Program-made: the position numbers and the translations under genes | The notes under the pieces: model-generated | Told to the model about the DNA's origin: nothing | What the model saw: only the letters and a program-made list of their open reading frames with translations | The model's database searches: none | DNA from: a virus | Taxonomy: Duplodnaviria; Caudoviricetes | IMG/VR virus record: IMGVR_UViG_3300032312_001422 | Location: 192,001-256,000 of that record | Direction: 5' to 3' (one strand) | Length of the DNA stretch: 64,000 nucleotides | Shown: positions 57,348-64,000 of the stretch, in pieces | Numbering within the stretch: position 1 is the first letter of the stretch | How the letters are laid out: every line of letters starts with the position of its first letter

Positions 57348-58526
57348 ATGACACAAGCATTATTAGAAGGCCGTTGGGGCGAAACAAAAGAAGCCCTGTT
57401 AGAAGGTCTAAATGGTTCTAAAAGAACTACAATGGGTGTAATCCTTGAGAATACACGCAAAATGTTGGCTGAAAACGCAACAGCTGGCTCTACACAAGCA
57501 GGTAACGTAGCTACACTTAACCGTGTAATTCTACCAGTTATCCGTCGTGTAATGCCAACAGTTATCGCCAACGAAATCGTTGGTGTACAGCCAATGACAG
57601 GTCCAGTTGCTCAGATCCATACACTACGTGTACGTTATGCTGACAGCGTTACAGATTCATCTGCATACGCAACAAGCACAACAGCTGGTGACGAAGCATT
57701 GAGCCCATTCAAAATTGCAACAGCTTACTCTGGTAGTAACTCTACTGGTATGGCTAATACAACTAGTACACTAGAAGGTGTTGCTGGTAACCGTATTAAC
57801 GTTCAGATTTTGAAACAAGTTGTAGAAGCTAAAACACGTAAGTTAAGTGCTCGTTGGACATTCGAAGCCGCACAAGACGCACAGTCTATGCACGGTTTGG
57901 ATGTTGAGGCAGAAATTATGGCTGCCCTAGCACAAGAAATCACTGTAGAGATCGATCAAGAGATTCTTGGTTCCCTACGTGCTCTTGCCGCTACTGATGA
58001 AGCATATGACCAATCTGCTGTTTCTGGTACAGCCACATTTGTTGGTGATGAGCATGCCGCTTTGGCAGTTCTAGTCAACCGTGTTGCTAACAAGATCGCT
58101 CAGCGTACACGTCGTGGTGCTGGTAACTGGGCAGTTGTAAGTCCAGCTGCTTTGACAGTACTACAAAGTGCTACAACAAGTGCTTTTGCTCGTACAACAG
58201 AAGGTACATTCGAAGCTCCTACAAACACCAAGTTTGTTGGTACATTGAACGGTGCAATGAAGGTATATGTTGACGGTTATGCAAACGACAGTCAGGCTGT
58301 ATTGGTTGGTTATAAGGGTTCAAGCGAAGCTGATGCAGCTGCGTTCTATTGCCCATATATCCCATTGATGAGTTCTGGTGTTGTACTAGATCCATCTACA
58401 TTCGAACCAGTCGTATCATTTATGACACGTTATGGTTATGTAGAGTTAACAAACACAGCGTCTTCGCTAGGTAATGCTGGTGACTACGTTGGTGAGATCT
58501 CTGTATCAAACCTATCGTTCCAGTAA
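57348..58526 (+). CDS. gp23: Major capsid protein
   Basis: ILPVIRRVMPTVIANEIVGVQPMTGPVAQI, KTRKLSARWTFEAAQD, AEIMAALAQEITVEIDQE, FYCPYIPL and TRYG. Confidence 0.97.
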   Translation: MTQALLEGRWGETKEALLEGLNGSKRTTMGVILENTRKMLAENATAGSTQAGNVATLNRVILPVIRRVMPTVIANEIVGVQPMTGPVAQIHTLRVRYADSVTDSSAYATSTTAGDEALSPFKIATAYSGSNSTGMANTTSTLEGVAGNRINVQILKQVVEAKTRKLSARWTFEAAQDAQSMHGLDVEAEIMAALAQEITVEIDQEILGSLRALAATDEAYDQSAVSGTATFVGDEHAALAVLVNRVANKIAQRTRRGAGNWAVVSPAALTVLQSATTSAFARTTEGTFEAPTNTKFVGTLNGAMKVYVDGYANDSQAVLVGYKGSSEADAAAFYCPYIPLMSSGVVLDPSTFEPVVSFMTRYGYVELTNTASSLGNAGDYVGEISVSNLSFQ

Positions 58527-58560
58527 AAAGGAATATCCACCCCAGGGATGGGAAGGAACA

Positions 58561-58584
58561 AAAAGGCTCTTCGGAGCCTTTTTT
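58561..58584 (+). terminator. Intrinsic terminator after gp23
   Basis: AAAAGGCTC-TTCG-GAGCCTTTTTT, with a C(UUCG)G tetraloop typical of T4-like phages. Confidence 0.92.
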
Positions 58585-58616
58585 GTTGGCTGTGTTTTTA
58601 TCATGTAAATATAATA

Positions 58617-59330
58617 ATGAAGAAACAGTTATTGGTGGCCTTTGGCGACTCGTGGACATTTGGCAGTGAACTAGATATTCCTAGAGAAGATCCCTGGGTC
58701 AAGCACGTAGCTGACCAGCTTGGTATAGAATATGTAAACATGGGCGTACCAGCCAGCAGCATTGGACACACCACAGTACAACTATTTGATTTTATAAAAC
58801 AGCGTCCTAACTTTGAAGAATATAAATTAATTTTCATGATTGGACTCACAGCACCATCTAGGTATTTGAGTTACAACAATCGAGACAACGAGTTTATAAA
58901 CATAACGTCGGAAGCACCGTACAGTACCAGCAACATACACTTTACAGGTAGAGCGCCAGACTGTGTGATGCACATGCAAGACTACGCACAGCAAACATAT
59001 CGGTATGTGGAGTCAGGGCTGTACAATGAATTTTTAGGAGTGCAAACAGTTTTTCAATTTCAACAATTTTGTTTTTACAATGAAATAGATTGCGTGTTCT
59101 TTAGCTACTTTGATCAACTGGTAACTGACAATTACGGACACATGTTGCGTAAAGATCTAATTTACCCAACAACTATTACTCGAGCATTAACCGGCAAAGA
59201 ATATGACTTACCGGACATAAGAGAAAATGAATATTTTACGGGCAAGCTGTTTCATCCCAACATTGCAGGCCACCGGCGTATTGCTGAACTTCTATTAGAA
59301 TTTTATGATCAAAAATATCCTCGGGATTGA
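58617..59330 (+). CDS. SGNH/GDSL-fold protein; start revised to 58617 (MKKQLLVAFGDSWT)
   Basis: AFGDSWTFG, NMGVPASS and C-terminal FHPN. The track start at 58548 would span the terminator. TGTAAATA at 58604-11. Confidence 0.7.
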   Translation: MKKQLLVAFGDSWTFGSELDIPREDPWVKHVADQLGIEYVNMGVPASSIGHTTVQLFDFIKQRPNFEEYKLIFMIGLTAPSRYLSYNNRDNEFINITSEAPYSTSNIHFTGRAPDCVMHMQDYAQQTYRYVESGLYNEFLGVQTVFQFQQFCFYNEIDCVFFSYFDQLVTDNYGHMLRKDLIYPTTITRALTGKEYDLPDIRENEYFTGKLFHPNIAGHRRIAELLLEFYDQKYPRD

Positions 59331-60291
59331 AGGCGACGACTTACCATATCATCTTGAATTGCTCGGACTCGACGCTAACACGTTTGATCCGCAGGTTTTA
59401 TTTTGGCCACTAGTTGACCACTACAACACACATGACGCAGAATGGTTAGCTACATATACCACTCGTGCCAAATCAAGTCGAACAGTCGTTTTTTATGATT
59501 TGGTCAACACTGGCGATTACGAACACACCAAGTTTTGTGAGTTTGTTAGTAACTTTGATCATCCTCATCGTGTTTACCTTACAGCAAATCAAAGTCTCAA
59601 ATTAAAATTAGCCAATGTACACATTGTGCCTTGGGATTTCATGTGGAACCGATATCGCAGTTATTATACAGAAACAGTTCCGTACGATAACCTATACCTG
59701 CATCATTACAGTGGCCCAGCAGCATATCAAATACCCAAATTGAATTTTGATCAACCCAAAGCAAAAAAGTTTTTAAGTATGACCGGGCGTGAGTTCAGCT
59801 ATAGAACCAATTTGTATGAATTTGTCAAAGACTTTGATGACGGATATGTAAGTAACCGTAGTCGTGGAATTACTGTAGAAGGTTGTGACATAATAGGAGC
59901 ATTTCAGCCTGTGCCCAATGCATTTTATTTAGACAGCTATGTCAGCATCTACTGTGAAAGCAATTTTTTACGCAACGACCTTATACACATTACAGAAAAA
60001 ACATTTGAGCCGTTGATCAAAGGGCATATCATTTTACCATTTAGTAACCCCGGTACTATCAGTAGACTGGTTGAAATGGGGTTTAAGATGCCGGACTGTG
60101 TAGACTATGGTTTTGATAACATAACCAATCCACAACAGCGATTTACTGCATTAACTGAAGAATTTCAACGATTAATGACAAAAGATTTGCCACAGTTATA
60201 CAAACACAATCAAGAAATATTTGTACACAATCAAGAATGCATTAACACTATCAAGTATGATACCAGGATATTAACACTTTACAATGTTTAA
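59305..60291 (+). CDS. Putative glycosyltransferase (paralog family A)
   Basis: VSIYCES...ITEKTFEPLIKGHIILPF...LVEMGF. Confidence 0.55.
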   Translation: MIKNILGIEGDDLPYHLELLGLDANTFDPQVLFWPLVDHYNTHDAEWLATYTTRAKSSRTVVFYDLVNTGDYEHTKFCEFVSNFDHPHRVYLTANQSLKLKLANVHIVPWDFMWNRYRSYYTETVPYDNLYLHHYSGPAAYQIPKLNFDQPKAKKFLSMTGREFSYRTNLYEFVKDFDDGYVSNRSRGITVEGCDIIGAFQPVPNAFYLDSYVSIYCESNFLRNDLIHITEKTFEPLIKGHIILPFSNPGTISRLVEMGFKMPDCVDYGFDNITNPQQRFTALTEEFQRLMTKDLPQLYKHNQEIFVHNQECINTIKYDTRILTLYNV

Positions 60292-61165
60292 ATTTTACCA
60301 CACACTCAGTTTTGAAGAAAGTATTGATCACAGGCACACAGACTGGAGTCAGGACAACGTGTACAGTTATCGGCAGTGGTACGAAGAAGATATCCAAGGA
60401 CAAGATACTTTGTTGATCATGGTTGGAGATTCGTGGACCTGGGGCGATCATTTAGGCACAATAGATTGGGACAAAGCCAGTAACGATCCTTGTAGACAGG
60501 AACAGATAGCAGGCAGACATCTTAGCCGTCTACTAGATGCTGATTGGGTTAATCTAGCCAGGCCGGGCTGTAGTAACTATTGGATGTTGGAAAAACTACA
60601 AGATTTGCAACCATTTATTCAACAAGCTAATTATAAAAAAATCTATATAGTGGTAACACTAACTGAAGACCTCCGCGAAGCAGAGTATACTCGTCGAATA
60701 CGGGTTGAAGAACCATATCAACAAATGTGGAAAGCTAGCAACACCATTGAACAGTTCTTGCGGCAAGTGGAACAATACCTGTTACTTAACTTAGAAACCT
60801 ATTTTAAAAACGTACCTGCGGTATCGGCACACGTTGGTCGAGCATTTACAGATTTTTGGCCCGGTGTTTCCGGTCCTTTGCTATTGAAAAAAACTTGGTG
60901 CGATGTAATACAAGATAATTTTAATTTTGACAATTATCAACAGCCTGTGCCTTTTATAGGCCAGATGAGCATTGACCCTTTAACAAAAAAATATATTGTA
61001 CAAAATCCTGAACGCAAGTCTGAGTTTTTAGATATCATGGACCGTGTGGGCACACGCTGGAGATTCCTTGGAGACAGTCCGTACAATCTCAAAGGCAGTA
61101 CTTGCCATCCCAATCCTGCAGGACACCAGTTATGGGCCGAATATGTTTATACCCAAATTAGATAA
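60284..61165 (+). CDS. SGNH/GDSL-fold protein
   Basis: MVGDSWTWG, NLARPGCSN and C-terminal CHPN. Confidence 0.7.
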   Translation: MFKFYHTLSFEESIDHRHTDWSQDNVYSYRQWYEEDIQGQDTLLIMVGDSWTWGDHLGTIDWDKASNDPCRQEQIAGRHLSRLLDADWVNLARPGCSNYWMLEKLQDLQPFIQQANYKKIYIVVTLTEDLREAEYTRRIRVEEPYQQMWKASNTIEQFLRQVEQYLLLNLETYFKNVPAVSAHVGRAFTDFWPGVSGPLLLKKTWCDVIQDNFNFDNYQQPVPFIGQMSIDPLTKKYIVQNPERKSEFLDIMDRVGTRWRFLGDSPYNLKGSTCHPNPAGHQLWAEYVYTQIR

Positions 61166-61168
61166 ATA
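61161..61168 (+). promoter_or_regulatory. Late promoter GATAAATA followed by a structured leader of about 65 nt
   Basis: The motif overlaps the upstream stop codon; hairpin at 61187-61207; AGGAG RBS at 61227. Confidence 0.6.
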
Positions 61169-61238
61169 CTTTGTTCGTATGAAACTCTCAGGTAAGCCTA
61201 CCTTGAGTAGCCTAGAACGCTAAAATAGGAGAAACAAA

Positions 61239-61742
61239 ATGGCAAGAGGATTAAAAATTGCTCACAAGCAAGCAGATGGTACATTATCAGATCAACGAAT
61301 CACTGGTAGTACAGTAGGAACTTCAAATTACTTTGGTGGTGTTGGTGGCATCCCACAGTGGGTAACTACTACAGGTGTTAAAACTATCAAGGTTCAATTT
61401 CGTACAGCAGCTGGCGTATTGCATGCCAATGCTTACATTGTTAGACAAAAAGGTGCAGATCAATTTTTGGTCGCTAACGCAGTAGGCGCAGTAAACGGCG
61501 CAACACACAGCAACGCCAGTGTTACAGTATGCACATTGGCCGCCGGAGCAGATGCAGCAAACGCCGCACCAGCCAGTGGAGCAAGCACATGCACAATTAC
61601 TGGTTACACCACAAGTAACACAGCTTTTTATGCTAGTCGTATCACTACAAAACATGTGTATGATCAGTCCAATAACAAAATGCGTTACAGACATCAGACT
61701 CAAGTGGCTACAAGCACATTTGCCAACGTAGTTACACATTAA
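61239..61742 (+). CDS. Probable virion structural protein (167 aa), monocistronic
   Basis: Has its own late promoter, a strong RBS and a terminator; Ala/Thr/Gly-rich. Confidence 0.65.
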   Translation: MARGLKIAHKQADGTLSDQRITGSTVGTSNYFGGVGGIPQWVTTTGVKTIKVQFRTAAGVLHANAYIVRQKGADQFLVANAVGAVNGATHSNASVTVCTLAAGADAANAAPASGASTCTITGYTTSNTAFYASRITTKHVYDQSNNKMRYRHQTQVATSTFANVVTH

Positions 61743-61760
61743 TCAAATTTGATTGATAAG

Positions 61761-61787
61761 AATAGCAGCTTCGGCTGCTATTTTTTT
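61761..61787 (+). terminator. Intrinsic terminator
   Basis: AATAGCAGC-TTCG-GCTGCTATTTTTTT. Confidence 0.92.
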
Positions 61788-61810
61788 GAACTTGACAAAG
61801 TTTTACCGCT

Positions 61811-61818
61811 CATAAATA
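61811..61818 (+). promoter_or_regulatory. Late promoter CATAAATA
   Basis: About 21 nt upstream of the ATG at 61840. Confidence 0.6.
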
Positions 61819-61839
61819 CACTATAAACAGGATACTAGA

Positions 61840-62400
61840 ATGAGTCTGACCAAACGCATCATAGGTGATTACCAAATAACCAACAAAGATACATACGGTG
61901 CCAACGTAACATTAAGCACACATACTTTGTTTGTGCAAGGAAATATGGTGGTTGGTGGAAACACCAGCGTAGTTACCAAAACTGATACAGAAATCACTGA
62001 CAACACTATCCTTCTAAACAAAGGCGAAATTGGTGCCGGTGTAACATCAGTATTTTCAGGCATTGAAGTTGATCGTGGATCGTTGGCTGACGTTGGTATC
62101 AGATACAACGAAAACATTGATAGTTGGCAGTTGACCAACGATGGCATAACTTATGCCAACATTACCAGCGGATCAATCTCGGCAATTGGAAACGTCTTTC
62201 AGGATCCAGCACCAAGAATCAGTGGCAATTTGGAAATAACTAGCAAGACATTATTTGACACAATTGCCAACGTAGAGATTCGTGCAAACACAGCAGCCAT
62301 GGGTGGATCGGGCGTGTACACCAACAACATTGGTGTAGCAAATAACAGAAAAGAATTAATCACAAAGAGTAGAGCATTAGTCTATTCAATCATATTGTAG
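61840..62400 (+). CDS. Virion structural protein (fibre-like)
   Basis: ITDNTILLNKGE..AG...SGIEVDRGS...IRYNE..DSW, a fibre-type motif. Confidence 0.6.
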   Translation: MSLTKRIIGDYQITNKDTYGANVTLSTHTLFVQGNMVVGGNTSVVTKTDTEITDNTILLNKGEIGAGVTSVFSGIEVDRGSLADVGIRYNENIDSWQLTNDGITYANITSGSISAIGNVFQDPAPRISGNLEITSKTLFDTIANVEIRANTAAMGGSGVYTNNIGVANNRKELITKSRALVYSIIL

Positions 62401-62410
62401 GATAACAAAA

Positions 62411-62725
62411 ATGGCCATACAAAGCACAGCACTAGGAACAACAGTAGGTAACATTTATGTATCTTCAGGTACAGACGGAAACGTTGTATCAGTTACATAT
62501 TTTTGCAACAGATCAGCATCAGCAACAACGTTTACGTTGCATTTAGTACCAGCTGGTAGTACTGCAGGACCAAACACAACAGTATACAGCAACAAAACTG
62601 TCACTGCCGGAGACACATATATTCTTGAATTAGAAAAAATTATATTAAGCACAGGCGATATGTTACAGGCCGTTGCCAATACAGGTAATGCCATAGTTGC
62701 TACTGTCAGCACGTTAGGTATCTAA
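62411..62725 (+). CDS. Small beta-rich virion protein (104 aa)
   Basis: YFCN...FTLHLVP...EKIILSTGD; AGGA RBS. Confidence 0.6.
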   Translation: MAIQSTALGTTVGNIYVSSGTDGNVVSVTYFCNRSASATTFTLHLVPAGSTAGPNTTVYSNKTVTAGDTYILELEKIILSTGDMLQAVANTGNAIVATVSTLGI

Positions 62726-62726
62726 C

Positions 62727-63176
62727 ATGGGACGTTATCTTAAAAATACTCAGCTGGAAGGCGGAAGTTATGCTGTTCAATTGCCGATTGGCAGCAACAG
62801 CATTGGCCCGGATAGTCCAGTTGACGGTCAAATTAGATTCAATCAGACCACTAGCAAAATTGAATTTTATTACAACAGCGCCTGGAACTCAGTGGCCAAA
62901 ATTGGTCAAGTACCAATTACCACAGATACATTTACCACAATTGATGGCGGCATTGTAAATCAATTTACCATGGCCAATGCGCCACGTGATTATATCACTG
63001 GGGAAGAAGCTAGTATATTGGTGTTCATCAGTGGAGTACAACAAAGACCTGTGGAACACTATCATTTTAGTTCAGGCGTGGCATCAGATCAATTGTATCT
63101 TGAACCAAGTGCAGTTGGAGACGCAGGACAAACAGTATTGGTAATATACAATCTCAACAGCACTGATGCTACCTAG
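62727..63176 (+). CDS. Virion structural protein (149 aa)
   Basis: P.DGQIRFNQTTSKIEFYYNSAW and ILVFISGVQQRP, both fibre/baseplate-type motifs. Confidence 0.6.
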   Translation: MGRYLKNTQLEGGSYAVQLPIGSNSIGPDSPVDGQIRFNQTTSKIEFYYNSAWNSVAKIGQVPITTDTFTTIDGGIVNQFTMANAPRDYITGEEASILVFISGVQQRPVEHYHFSSGVASDQLYLEPSAVGDAGQTVLVIYNLNSTDAT

Positions 63177-63186
63177 GAGCCCGTAA

Positions 63187-64000
63187 ATGGCAATAGGTAA
63201 AATATCAGGAGTAATGCTCAAAGACAACCTGGAACGCCAGGGTGTCAATTTGTCCTTTGATGGAAATTTAGCATATCTTGATGTTACCAATCGTAGACTT
63301 GGTGTTGGCACAGACACACCGCAGTACGGTCTAGATGTTCCGGCCAACGTTCGCCTAGCTAACCTTACCATTCTTGGCAACACAATTACCAGCAACACTG
63401 GTCGAATTGGGTTTGGATCAATTTCAAGTCTTGTGGTCACAGGCGGCGCAGCATACAATGTAATTTTAACTGATGGCGCTGGCAATCTACGCTTTGGCAC
63501 TTTGGATGAAATTTCTGGTAATACAACTTTTACTGGTAATACCATTGAGCTTGGTGCAAACAGTTCTGGGGCACTGACCAGTAACGCAGTAACCTTAACA
63601 ACATCAACATCAGTCACTGATGGTATAGCACAATTAAATTTTGTATTGGGCAAACTGGTACCACCTGCACCGCCCACATTCCCTGGCGCCAGCACCATTA
63701 CAATCAGCAGTTTAAGCACATACCGCATGGCCAATCTCACACAGATTGATCTAACCGGCAACTTAAGAACAGTGGCAGCCGGCACAACAGTAGCCAACGT
63801 AAGACGTGCGGCATCATATACAACCAGCAACGTGACCACTGTAGGGCCAGGAGACTCTGGCACAGTAAGTGTTTTTAGAAATAGTGTGTTAATGGGCAGT
63901 CGGGCCATGGCACTTGGTGCACAAAACGGCACTCACGGACAGTTGGTCATAGGTAACGATCAAGATTATGCTGCTATCACAGGCGATGCAGGCGGGTTTT
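63187..64000 (+). CDS. Long virion structural protein, truncated by the right edge; absent from the ORF track
   Basis: AGGAG RBS followed by MAIGKISGVMLKDNLERQGVNLSFDGNLAYLDVTNRRLGVGTDTPQYGLDV...; the 63084..63932 minus ORF is its antisense shadow. Confidence 0.85.
   Translation, partial: MAIGKISGVMLKDNLERQGVNLSFDGNLAYLDVTNRRLGVGTDTPQYGLDVPANVRLANLTILGNTITSNTGRIGFGSISSLVVTGGAAYNVILTDGAGNLRFGTLDEISGNTTFTGNTIELGANSSGALTSNAVTLTTSTSVTDGIAQLNFVLGKLVPPAPPTFPGASTITISSLSTYRMANLTQIDLTGNLRTVAAGTTVANVRRAASYTTSNVTTVGPGDSGTVSVFRNSVLMGSRAMALGAQNGTHGQLVIGNDQDYAAITGDAGGF

Noticed and set aside
58548-58616. N-terminal extension of the SGNH ORF given by the track; likewise track starts 20359, 42118, 44453 and 50093
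   Set aside because: These starts run through a terminator, a promoter or the upstream gene. Downstream starts fit the RBS, overlap pattern or motif position better.
61792-61820. TTGACA as a sigma70 -35 box
   Set aside because: There is no acceptable -10 hexamer at 16-18 nt spacing; the CATAAATA late motif explains the site better.
63084-63932. 282-aa minus-strand ORF
   Set aside because: It is antisense to a plus-strand structural gene with a good RBS starting at 63187, and its composition is that of a shadow ORF.
1-64000. Stop-codon reassignment (alternative genetic code)
   Set aside because: The standard code gives near-complete coding density, including a 12.6 kb ORF, and TAA, TAG and TGA all end genes at sensible positions.

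Overview
This window is a 64 kb segment of a large T4-like (myovirus-type) dsDNA phage genome, AT-rich and read in the standard genetic code. From left to right: (1) 1-11.5 kb, minus strand: a tightly coupled 14-gene accessory operon of radical SAM enzymes, SGNH-fold proteins, GT-A and GT10-like glycosyltransferase candidates and a 2OG-Fe(II) oxygenase, behind a host sigma70-type promoter. (2) 11.5-42 kb, minus strand: the tail fibre and baseplate module, including a 4194-aa protein and gp6, gp25, gp5 and gp53-like genes. (3) 42-48.5 kb, plus strand: gp55 late sigma factor, gp47, gp46, two more radical SAM genes and a minimal GIY-YIG nuclease. (4) 48.5-49 kb: an ORF-free, densely base-paired region that is a candidate large ncRNA. 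(5) 49-52.5 kb: a gp26-like/gp51-like gene pair joined by a canonical -1 slippery site, divergent from a tape-measure-like gene. (6) 52.5-58.5 kb: the head module (portal, protease, scaffold, major capsid). (7) 58.6-64 kb: a second SGNH/GT cassette and small virion proteins. The best leads are the GIY-YIG plus structured RNA locus, the probable programmed frameshift in the tail chaperone pair, the dispersed glycan-tailoring system, and a single-base homopolymer frameshift in a radical SAM gene. All family assignments come from motifs read by eye; no database search was run.
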